DNA from: a virus
Taxonomy: Duplodnaviria; Caudoviricetes
DNA length: 24,795 nucleotides
Reading direction: 5' to 3' (one strand)
Virus record (IMG/VR): IMGVR_UViG_3300027294_000190
Span: 1-24,795 of that record
Under the pieces are notes generated by a model. That model saw nothing but the letters and a program-made list of their open reading frames with translations, was not told the DNA's origin and ran no database searches. This document shows positions 16,813 to 24,795 of this stretch, in pieces. Position 1 is the stretch's first letter, and the number at the start of each line of letters is the position of its first letter. Both the position numbers and the translations under genes were made by a program.

Positions 16813-17655
16813 ATGAGTAGGATTTTTATATTAGGCGATTCTTTTGCAGATAATTTATATAGTAAAGAAAAAGAATCAATTGATGCCGGATATCCATTGG
16901 GTAGTGGTATTGCTAGATATGTAGATACTTTTATAAAAAATAAAATAACACTACCACTATATTTTGATGATTGGTTAAAAGAATGGGGATATGAAGTTTA
17001 TAATTATGGTATAGGTGGTTGTTCTAATTATGAAATAATGTATCAATTTTCAAAAATAGATAAAGATTTTCAAAAAGGCGATAGATTAGTAATTGCAATG
17101 ACATCCTTTCATAGACACAATTGGTTAGATGATGATGGAAGAAATATAACCGTACACAATACAGGAGATGTGGGACTTAATACTCCTAAAATAATAAAAG
17201 AATTTTTTCAACAATATTCTATGAATGCAGATTATAGTGTTGAAAATGGTGGATATATAAAAACGCATGTTGCAGAATTTTTTTCATATCTATTTTTCCT
17301 TCATAAAAAATATAAACCAATTATATGGTCTGGATTTAATAATATTAGTGATGTATTTCAAAACGAAAAATATTTTATATGGGACCCGTCACACCCAACA
17401 TATGAAAAAATAATACCGGAGTGGGACAAATTGAGAATAAATAAAGAGACAAATGGATGGATAGATGATAAGCATTATGGTAGATATGGTAATTATTATT
17501 TGGCATTAATCATTAAAACAATTATTGAAAACCAAGCTTCAGAGTATAGAATAACAGACTATTATATAATGACGAAAATAAAAGAAGCTATAAAAAATAA
17601 TCCACCAAATTTTGAAAAAATAGATATATGGGATATAAAAAAAAATTTAATTTAA
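16813..17655 (+). CDS. SGNH/GDSL-like esterase or acyltransferase
   Basis: Block I ILGDSF, block II YNYGIGGCSN, block V DDKHYGRYGN. Confidence 0.7.
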   Translation: MSRIFILGDSFADNLYSKEKESIDAGYPLGSGIARYVDTFIKNKITLPLYFDDWLKEWGYEVYNYGIGGCSNYEIMYQFSKIDKDFQKGDRLVIAMTSFHRHNWLDDDGRNITVHNTGDVGLNTPKIIKEFFQQYSMNADYSVENGGYIKTHVAEFFSYLFFLHKKYKPIIWSGFNNISDVFQNEKYFIWDPSHPTYEKIIPEWDKLRINKETNGWIDDKHYGRYGNYYLALIIKTIIENQASEYRITDYYIMTKIKEAIKNNPPNFEKIDIWDIKKNLI

Positions 17656-18435
17656 AATATTATTCCATATATGCGAATCATTTATTCTTGTAGCTTTTAA
17701 TGGATATTGTAAATCTAAATCCTCTGCGGGATTATGAGTTGTTTCTTTTAGAGAGAATAAATAGTTATTTAATTTTGGTAATCTTAATTTTATTAATAAA
17801 CTTAAAACCGATTGGTCGTTTCTATGTCCAATAAATTCATCATATTCTTTATGTGAAGATATATCATTATTTATATAATGTTCATTTTTAGATAATTCTA
17901 CAAATTCATTAATTAAATCATTACCAAACTTATTATTTTTAACCAAAAATAAACCACCACCTAATTGGGTTGTTTCTGTATATTTTGGTAAATCGCATCC
18001 TAAATCTATAAGTAAATCTCGCTTTGTATGCATTTTATCGGTTGCACCATCACCAATTCTATCAGATAATTCAGTACCACCACCAAATCCAACAAATCCA
18101 GGGCCGGTTTTACATAGTTCTACATATTCCCAAAATCGTTTTTCACCTTTTATATTTATAGAACAACCGGCATCCAAATATACGATTATATCATTCTTTT
18201 TAATTTTATTCAAAGAAATTTGGCAAACAACCGATTTCCACCACCACCAACCAGCGCCGGTAGGGGCAAAGGACCTGTTATATGATAGTAAATCATCGGA
18301 GGTGTAATTAAAAACATCAGTAAACCAACCAGTATCTCTTGCTTCATTTTCTAATCTACAACGACTTAAAGAAAAATCTTTACTAGAAGTTTTTGCTCCA
18401 AAGGTTACCAAATAAATATTTGGATTATTAGACAT
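17647..18435 (-). CDS. Putative GT-A-fold glycosyltransferase-like protein
   Basis: GWWWWKS, IIVYLDAGC, GGGLFLVK, HRNDQSVLSLL; the DQ motif is typical of nucleotide-diphospho-sugar transferase families. Confidence 0.6.
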   Translation of the reverse strand: MSNNPNIYLVTFGAKTSSKDFSLSRCRLENEARDTGWFTDVFNYTSDDLLSYNRSFAPTGAGWWWWKSVVCQISLNKIKKNDIIVYLDAGCSINIKGEKRFWEYVELCKTGPGFVGFGGGTELSDRIGDGATDKMHTKRDLLIDLGCDLPKYTETTQLGGGLFLVKNNKFGNDLINEFVELSKNEHYINNDISSHKEYDEFIGHRNDQSVLSLLIKLRLPKLNNYLFSLKETTHNPAEDLDLQYPLKATRINDSHIWNNILN

Positions 18436-18964
18436 AATATAATTCTGGGTATTCTACTATACAATGTATTCCACCATGTTGTATAGCGTATTTATAAGCA
18501 AGTTCAATATCTAAATTAGATTTAACATCGTGAAATTCTATATTTTTGCATAGTGATTTAAATTCCTCAATATAGTTTCCTTTATGTTGATGGCCAGGAT
18601 CCAATGGTTTATCAGAACCTTTTCCAATTCTAATAATCATATTTGGATTCCATTCACCTTTACTCATTCCAACTATTTTATCAACGTGATTAACTATTTG
18701 GTTTGTGGCACATATAAGAAAATCCCAACGAGGATAGAATGTAATAACAAATTTTCCGGCCATTGCCATACCTAAACTCATACCCATTTGAGATTCTTCC
18801 ATTACAGGCAATTCAATCATTTTTTCTTTAGGAACTTCCCCAACAGTTGTACTCATTGGATTTCCATGCCAAAGTAATTGTTGTCCTATAAAGATAGTAT
18901 TATCCATCTTTCCTAACTCCGTCATTGCGGAGGTAAGTGCATCTTTATATAAGCTTTGATTCAT
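18428..18964 (-). CDS. ThDP-dependent dehydrogenase E1 beta-like subunit (pyrimidine-binding domain only)
   Basis: IELPVMEESQMGMSLGMAMAG, DFLICATNQIVN, DPGHQH; ends at IVEY with no C-terminal domain (178 aa). Confidence 0.88.
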   Translation of the reverse strand: MNQSLYKDALTSAMTELGKMDNTIFIGQQLLWHGNPMSTTVGEVPKEKMIELPVMEESQMGMSLGMAMAGKFVITFYPRWDFLICATNQIVNHVDKIVGMSKGEWNPNMIIRIGKGSDKPLDPGHQHKGNYIEEFKSLCKNIEFHDVKSNLDIELAYKYAIQHGGIHCIVEYPELYYV

Positions 18965-19811
18965 AACGTTTATTTTTTGATTCTTCTATTTTTTTAATAA
19001 TTGCATCCGCCATAACTATATGACACTCTTTTGAGGGGTGGTGGTCTGTTGGTGTGATTTCGAAATGTTCATAGTCTGAATTTATATGTAAATGTCTATT
19101 CTCATTCATCATAGTTCGTATAGTATCATATCTATTTCCATTATATTCAAATGTAATCAATCTGTCGTTCATCCATTTATCATCTTTGTAAAATGGCATA
19201 TAATCGGTTTCCCAATTAAGTATAAAAGTTTTTATTCCTTTACTTTCATAAAATTGTAATTCTTGTTTTATTTTTTGAAAGTAATTTTTAACATGTTCTT
19301 TCCACCAATCATCAAATGAACATTTTTTTTGTTCATCTAAATATTTATAAAATTTATCATGCGTTTCCGGTGAAAATGTTCTAAATTCAGATTTATGTAC
19401 ACTACCATATGAATTAATATAATCGTAATAATATGTATTTCTTTGTGGTTGCGATGTTTGTAATACTATATACTCTATTTCATCATATTCGTATGTTTCC
19501 GTTATCAAATGATGATACGGGCCTAATAATCCAAATGCACATTTAATATATTCAAATGATGTTACTTCGGCACCACCATTTTGTATCATTGAAACTTCAA
19601 AGGTATTAAAGTGATTAGCAACTAACCTTGGAAAATATAATGTTTTTCTAAATTTATTATGTGCATCTGTAACTAATTCCCAATTATATGCATCAGGAGG
19701 TGGTTCTTTTAGTGTGGACATATTAGAATAATAATATAATCCCTGTCCCCAAGTAAATGAACAACCAGCGAATAATATGCCTTTAGTTATTTTATCATCT
19801 TTTATTTTCAT
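18945..19811 (-). CDS. SGNH-like protein (GCSF variant)
   Basis: LFAGCSFTWGQG block I variant, QNGG, and DHHPSKECH block V. Confidence 0.65.
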   Translation of the reverse strand: MKIKDDKITKGILFAGCSFTWGQGLYYYSNMSTLKEPPPDAYNWELVTDAHNKFRKTLYFPRLVANHFNTFEVSMIQNGGAEVTSFEYIKCAFGLLGPYHHLITETYEYDEIEYIVLQTSQPQRNTYYYDYINSYGSVHKSEFRTFSPETHDKFYKYLDEQKKCSFDDWWKEHVKNYFQKIKQELQFYESKGIKTFILNWETDYMPFYKDDKWMNDRLITFEYNGNRYDTIRTMMNENRHLHINSDYEHFEITPTDHHPSKECHIVMADAIIKKIEESKNKRYESKLI

Positions 19812-19813
19812 AA

Positions 19814-20788
19814 CTATTTAAATTCACTCTTATGCTCTGAATACCATTCGTAGGCTAATTTTAAGCCATCTTCTAGCGATGTAGTTGCTTTCCAACCCAA
19901 CTTATCATAAATCTTATTTGAATCGATTTTACGTGTAGGAATCATCGATGGTTTACCCTTTATGAATTCTATTGGAGCATCGTAGTTTGCAATTTTCTTC
20001 ATCTTATCTAATACATCTAATACTGAATAAACTTCATTACATCCAATATTATATATTTGATAATTTTCAGTTTCATTTTCCATTACGATTTGCAATGCTT
20101 CACAAAAATCTTCAATATAAAGTAAATCTCTTAATTCAGTTCCATCTCCCCAAACAGGAATTGGATTCATTTTATCTGCTACTTTTCTAATTGTTGCAGG
20201 AGTAACGTGGCACTTATCAAAATCGTATTTATCATGTGGCCCAAATAAATTAGCCGGTCTAATAACCGTACATTTCATTTTTTCAGGTAAATATTTTGCA
20301 TATAATTCACATTGAACTTCTGCATATCTTTTCATCCAACCAACGGGAAAATAAACCGGATATGGTTCATCAAATAAGAAATCGGTTTCTACAACCGGAG
20401 TATCGCCTTTAGGTGGATATACCGTATTAGATGATAGAAAAATATAATGTTTAACTTTATTTCTCCAACTGGCATCAATTAAAAAATTATTCATTGCTAC
20501 ATTTGGAGTAACATGTGCTAATGGGTCAACTACGGTATCTACTGCGTTTGAAGTACTTGCTGCGGCGTGATATACTATATCAATTTCCTTAGTTGCATTT
20601 AAGCATCCATCATATGTTTTCAAATCAAAATGAACGTACTCTACTCCTTCGATGGGAGTTCGTACTCCTCGTTTGTGTAAATTAACTCTAATGTTTGAAT
20701 AACCTTCTCTATATAATCGGTTTGTTAAGTTTTGTCCTACTAGTCCAGAACCGCCTGTTATTAGTATTTTTGAATCTTTGTTTATCAT
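19814..20788 (-). CDS. GDP-L-fucose synthase-like SDR with atypical active site
   Basis: TGGSGLVG, RPANLFGPHDKYD, HVTPATIRK, VWGDGTELRDLLYIED. Start moved to ATG 20788, which removes the overlap with the upstream gene. The YxxxK position reads VGWMK. Confidence 0.85.
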   Translation of the reverse strand: MINKDSKILITGGSGLVGQNLTNRLYREGYSNIRVNLHKRGVRTPIEGVEYVHFDLKTYDGCLNATKEIDIVYHAAASTSNAVDTVVDPLAHVTPNVAMNNFLIDASWRNKVKHYIFLSSNTVYPPKGDTPVVETDFLFDEPYPVYFPVGWMKRYAEVQCELYAKYLPEKMKCTVIRPANLFGPHDKYDFDKCHVTPATIRKVADKMNPIPVWGDGTELRDLLYIEDFCEALQIVMENETENYQIYNIGCNEVYSVLDVLDKMKKIANYDAPIEFIKGKPSMIPTRKIDSNKIYDKLGWKATTSLEDGLKLAYEWYSEHKSEFK

Positions 20789-20795
20789 ATAAATT

Positions 20796-21512
20796 TTATT
20801 TTTGTTTATTAAAGAACGATATAAATGCATATCTTTTAAATCCATTTTTAACTTCTGATACTGAATGTTTTACATTATTTTTTGTAAAATCTAACAAACT
20901 AAATGTACCAAAGGTTGGTTTGATGGTATATATTTTACCCGAATTTCCGGTTGCAACTAATTCACCACCACCGTCATTGTAATCTTCATCGTATGATAGA
21001 TATACAATCAAAGCACATACTCTATCAATATTTTCACCATCATTATGTTCTGCTATAAAATGCCCATCTTCATATAATGTAAATTGTGGGGGATTTGTAT
21101 AGTCTATGTTAATATTAGGATAAAACTTATCTAATATTTTTTTTGATATTTCCATAAAGTATTTACAATCCATATCAAATCCACTAAATTCAAACCATTT
21201 TTGTGTAATCTCTCTTTTGTTTTCTTTTACAAATTCATCTCGCTTTGCTACTTCTGATAATTTAATAGAATGTACATATTCACCATTTTTATCTGTACTA
21301 TTTTTCAAATCCTCTCTCAATTGATAATTGTATCTACAATATAATGCAGTATCTCTTTGTTCTATTGAAAATTTTTTTACTCTATCTATTAGAGTTTTTG
21401 TATATTCAATTTCTTCAGAATTTAAAAAATCAAATAAATTTCCGCAATATACTCCCTCATCAATTAATGATGATTTCGGTAAATTATCTAATGGATTTAG
21501 TGTAATATTCAT
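20796..21512 (-). CDS. 2OG-Fe(II) dioxygenase (prolyl-hydroxylase-like)
   Basis: FTLYEDGHFIAEHND (HxD), LIVYLS, GGGEL, KHSVSEV (distal His), KRYA (2OG-binding Arg). Confidence 0.9.
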   Translation of the reverse strand: MNITLNPLDNLPKSSLIDEGVYCGNLFDFLNSEEIEYTKTLIDRVKKFSIEQRDTALYCRYNYQLREDLKNSTDKNGEYVHSIKLSEVAKRDEFVKENKREITQKWFEFSGFDMDCKYFMEISKKILDKFYPNINIDYTNPPQFTLYEDGHFIAEHNDGENIDRVCALIVYLSYDEDYNDGGGELVATGNSGKIYTIKPTFGTFSLLDFTKNNVKHSVSEVKNGFKRYAFISFFNKQK

Positions 21513-22419
21513 ATACCTTATATATTGATTCTTTTAGTTTTGTTTGTGTAACTAATCCATATTTTTCTTGTTTAGATACATCCATCAATCTTCGTAAATC
21601 TCCGTTTGGTTTAGTTGTATCCCATATTATAGATATATCCTTTTTACTAACTTCTATTATCATTTCAATCATTTCTTTAATAGAAACTTCTTCGCCTGAA
21701 CCAAAGTTTATAGTAGTATGTAATCGGTTTTCATACAATTTAATAATTGCGTTAGCAACATCTCCGGCGTACACGAAATCTCTAACCGGCGTTCCATCTC
21801 CCCATGCTTCGATAGAATCAGTTGCTTCATATACCTTTTTAATAGTAGATGCTATAACAGTTCCTTTACCATTAAAATCATCATATTCTCCAAATATATT
21901 TGCCGGTCTGATTATTGCCCATTTTTCATATCCATATTGTACCTTACATGCTTCTAATAAGATTTCACCCATTCGTTTACTCCAAGCGGGAAACCAATCT
22001 GCTTGACCTGGTAATGTTTTCCACACATCATCTTCTACAAATTTTTCAGCCGGCGCATATACTCCTACTGAACTTACAAATATTAACCACGTATCGGTGT
22101 TTGCACATTGGTTAATTATTTCGGTGTTAATTTTGAATGATGGATATAGAAAATCTACAGGTTCATTTTTAGCTCTCATAGGAGAACCTTTTACACCAAA
22201 TGTATTAAATACTACATCGGGAGATTCAAAAAAGAAAAGGTTTTTAACATTTTCTCCTAATGTCAAATCCAATTCATAAAATGTGAATTTATCAGATTTT
22301 GGTAATTTATCAGAATATCTAATATCAGCACCTACCACTTCATATCCATTTTCTAAACATTTTTTTACTAAATGAATTCCTACTAACCCACTACATCCTG
22401 TTATTAAAACTTTTTTCAT
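21484..22419 (-). CDS. GDP-L-fucose synthase-like SDR with atypical active site (paralog 2)
   Basis: TGCSGLVG, RPANIFGEYDDF, AWGDGTPVRDFVYAGD, WDTTKPNG. The YxxxK position reads PAWSK. Confidence 0.85.
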   Translation of the reverse strand: MKKVLITGCSGLVGIHLVKKCLENGYEVVGADIRYSDKLPKSDKFTFYELDLTLGENVKNLFFFESPDVVFNTFGVKGSPMRAKNEPVDFLYPSFKINTEIINQCANTDTWLIFVSSVGVYAPAEKFVEDDVWKTLPGQADWFPAWSKRMGEILLEACKVQYGYEKWAIIRPANIFGEYDDFNGKGTVIASTIKKVYEATDSIEAWGDGTPVRDFVYAGDVANAIIKLYENRLHTTINFGSGEEVSIKEMIEMIIEVSKKDISIIWDTTKPNGDLRRLMDVSKQEKYGLVTQTKLKESIYKVYEYYTKSIR

Positions 22420-22423
22420 ATTA

Positions 22424-23878
22424 TTAATTATAATTTTTTACATCTGAAATATATTCTCCCGTTTCCCAATTACTTAATTTACCACTACCACCTCTAATAC
22501 TTCGTATAGTATTATCAATAGTCAATGCTTCATACCACTCTTTGAGTTCAGGAAATGTTTCTACAAAATTTTTATTTCTACGAACATCGTATTGAGTGTA
22601 AAAACTTTTAAAATCGTGAAATTGTAAATCCATATCCAATTCAGTCGTATTGTGTCCTCTTTGTACTACTTCAATATAATCGATTAATCTTTCAATTTGT
22701 GCTTTTTCTCCAGATGTAAATAAATTACTATCTTTATTATCTTCATACCAATTTTTTAATTTAGCATGTAACATTATTTTAATATCATCTGGCAATACTA
22801 ATGGAGACATGAAGGATGGCCATCTTAAAATATTTAAATCAACATTTGGTCTGTGATGACCATACTTTACTTTTAAAATTTTCATATCTTCTAAAAACTC
22901 TACTATACTGAACAATGATAAACTATTAATAGTCATCATTATCGTCAATGCTCTAAATGTTTTTGGATTAGCTTTTTCAATAAATTTAATAACATTATTT
23001 CTCCACACATCATATACTAATCCATCTCTAATATATTCTGCATGTGCTCCATAAGATTCACAACTGGTGTATAAATCAAATTCTTTGATATCTAATTCAT
23101 AAGTTGCATCTATCAATCGTTGAATAGATTTATCGTTTACTCCTAAGTTGGAGTTAACTGCCATCCTTAAATTTTTAGAAGGATATTGTTTCATAGTTTC
23201 AATGAAATCCCAAAAATTATGACTTTGCGATGGTTCTCCACCCGTAACTCTTACTTCTTGCAATGTTTGCGATAATTCAGGCCACCATTCTAAAAATGCC
23301 GTTACATACGGATTATTTTCATTGTGTTTGCCAAATTCTTCAGACCAACTACCATCGCTTTGATAAGCTCCTGCTGATGATGTTTTGAATTTTTGATATG
23401 GACCATTCTTTTTAATATCTTGTCCCCAAGTCGTTGAATATCCGGCATTACAATATGAACAAGCAAAATTACAAGTTCTATCAAAACTAATTTCAACTGT
23501 TTTTAATGGAATATCGGCATCCCACGGAATATCTTTTAAAGCTGCAATATCAGCTTCACTATAAATACTACTTTTATAAACTCTATCCGATACATTGTTT
23601 CTACCAATATCTTCAATTCTCCAACAATATGAACACTCTGCTGGTTTGATACCACTAAGCATCATTCTACGCATTTCCTTTTTATGCTTCGTATTGTGCA
23701 AAGCTGAAGGATTTGTTTTAATTTCTTCCAAATCAATTGGATGTGGTAATGGTAAGTGACATGAGTTAGTATATCCGTGTCCTAAATGTAAACTTGCGTT
23801 ATACCATTTAGCTGCACAAAAACTACAACTTATTTTGTTTAGATTATCATCTCTCCATTTTTTTAATTCATCTGACAT
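22424..23878 (-). CDS. Radical SAM enzyme with N-terminal twitch/SPASM-like Cys domain
   Basis: CNFACSYC (CxxxCxxC), VTGGEP, N-terminal FCAAKW...SCH...ECSYCW, and AEYIRDG. Confidence 0.9.
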   Translation of the reverse strand: MSDELKKWRDDNLNKISCSFCAAKWYNASLHLGHGYTNSCHLPLPHPIDLEEIKTNPSALHNTKHKKEMRRMMLSGIKPAECSYCWRIEDIGRNNVSDRVYKSSIYSEADIAALKDIPWDADIPLKTVEISFDRTCNFACSYCNAGYSTTWGQDIKKNGPYQKFKTSSAGAYQSDGSWSEEFGKHNENNPYVTAFLEWWPELSQTLQEVRVTGGEPSQSHNFWDFIETMKQYPSKNLRMAVNSNLGVNDKSIQRLIDATYELDIKEFDLYTSCESYGAHAEYIRDGLVYDVWRNNVIKFIEKANPKTFRALTIMMTINSLSLFSIVEFLEDMKILKVKYGHHRPNVDLNILRWPSFMSPLVLPDDIKIMLHAKLKNWYEDNKDSNLFTSGEKAQIERLIDYIEVVQRGHNTTELDMDLQFHDFKSFYTQYDVRRNKNFVETFPELKEWYEALTIDNTIRSIRGGSGKLSNWETGEYISDVKNYN

Positions 23879-23879
23879 A

Positions 23880-24779
23880 TTATACTATTTTAGCGGGTCT
23901 TGCAATTTTATTAAATTCTATGTGTTTTTCATATTTAAATTCTTCGGTCTCATAAAGTTCACCATGATTACCATTTCCGGATTTATCAAATGTTTTAAAT
24001 TTTGAATTTCTTTCAAAATCAAACCAAAGATATAGGTCATCATCCGTTTCAATTGAATTATGATAAATTTTTACTTCGAGTATTTCACCATTAAACCAAA
24101 ACTTATTTTCTTCAAATGAATACGGATTAGCTACTCCAATAAAAATTGTTTGATTTGAATAATCATACAATTTTCCACATTCTTTTTCTTTATAAAAAAT
24201 ATCATTAATATACATTGTAAATGTACGTTTGGTTTTTATAATTTTTACTTTAACAACTTCTCCAATATAAGATTGTGATTCTTTTCTTAATTTTTCAAAA
24301 TTAATTGCCCACTCTCTAATTTCTGTATCTTTGATAGTTTGTAAATCCAAATTATTATAAAAAAACGCCCATCGGTTAACTAATCCCATTACTATGGTTT
24401 CATCTATATCTTTAGGTGCTATTTTTTTTATATAATTAATCCACCATACTGTGTATTCTGCATTATCGGTATCTTTTAGACCAAAGTAAATATCATCGTA
24501 GTGTATTTCTTCTCCAACGTGTTTAAACCAACACCATTTTACCGATGAGGCAACTGAATCTTCTTCGTTTAATGTGGATGTTTTTTGTGTAAAAATTCCC
24601 ATATTATATCCTGTCCTTCCCATTAAGCATTGTTCAGGAGTAAAATCAGCTGCTGATTTTTCAGTCTTATAAGTTACTTCATAAATAAAATCATTATTTA
24701 ATAGGTTATAACTTTTTGTATTTGTATGGTTTCGCGTTTCCGCTTTTACCATATAGGCTTTTTTATTTGTAAATATCAT
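23880..24779 (-). CDS. LamG/concanavalin A-like domain protein with a ~65-aa helical insertion
   Basis: MYIND, IFIGVANP, FNGEILEVKIY, LWFDFE and DKSGNGNHG are typical LamG_3 C-terminal motifs; residues ~99-163 are helical and resemble part of the 1275-aa protein. Confidence 0.7.
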   Translation of the reverse strand: MIFTNKKAYMVKAETRNHTNTKSYNLLNNDFIYEVTYKTEKSAADFTPEQCLMGRTGYNMGIFTQKTSTLNEEDSVASSVKWCWFKHVGEEIHYDDIYFGLKDTDNAEYTVWWINYIKKIAPKDIDETIVMGLVNRWAFFYNNLDLQTIKDTEIREWAINFEKLRKESQSYIGEVVKVKIIKTKRTFTMYINDIFYKEKECGKLYDYSNQTIFIGVANPYSFEENKFWFNGEILEVKIYHNSIETDDDLYLWFDFERNSKFKTFDKSGNGNHGELYETEEFKYEKHIEFNKIARPAKIV

Positions 24780-24795
24780 GCGGTTCTACATTTTT

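Noticed and set aside
13636-18964. Reading the E1 alpha/beta pair as an auxiliary pyruvate dehydrogenase
   Set aside because: Both subunits are shortened, no E2/E3 in the window, and the context is NDP-sugar enzymes.
20789-20845. N-terminal extension of the 343-aa SDR
   Set aside because: Overlaps the oxygenase 3' end; ATG 20788 gives a typical SDR start.
18584-23496. Short overlapping ORFs 18584-18775, 19972-20190, 20695-20982, 21328-21528, 21915-22115, 22097-22279 and 23302-23496
   Set aside because: Antisense or alternate-frame to well-supported enzymes; no independent evidence.
24776-24795. Probable 3' end of an upstream minus-strand gene (...KCRTA-stop, ATGA overlap with the LamG start)
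   Set aside because: Only about 20 nt visible; cannot be supported as a feature.
1-24795. CRISPR array, tRNA, intron/intein, transposase or stop-codon recoding
   Set aside because: No regularly spaced repeats or cloverleaf seen by eye; terminase and portal are uninterrupted; genes tile densely in the standard code.

Overview
This very AT-rich window comes from a large T4-superfamily (myovirus/jumbo-like) bacteriophage read in the standard genetic code. The host is probably Bacteroidota, inferred from a TTTG-N20-TAnnTTTG promoter and AT-rich leaders without Shine-Dalgarno sites. The left half (1-12054, minus strand) is a head/packaging module: gp20-type portal, gp17-type large terminase, a membrane protein and several mosaic proteins whose domains are separated by hydrophobic-X-Glu linkers, as expected for prohead-protease-processed internal head cargo. 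The largest (1275 aa) joins a NadM-like HxGH nucleotidyltransferase, a Gly/Ala-rich hydrophobic segment, an HExxH zincin and a KxDG ligase-fold domain. The right half (12121-24779) is a glycan biosynthesis/modification island: three SDRs (two lacking the catalytic Tyr), RmlC, a shortened and separated ThDP E1 alpha/beta pair, a tandem-duplicated GT10-like protein, two SGNH-like proteins, a GT-A-like protein, a 2OG-Fe(II) oxygenase, a radical SAM enzyme and a LamG-like protein. Other signals are a shared basic-x-L-I C-terminus on several island proteins, an ATATTTATAT motif upstream of structural genes, an unlisted 42-aa ORF, and a ~65-aa segment shared by the ligase-fold domain and the LamG protein. 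All family calls are by motif recognition; no searches were run.
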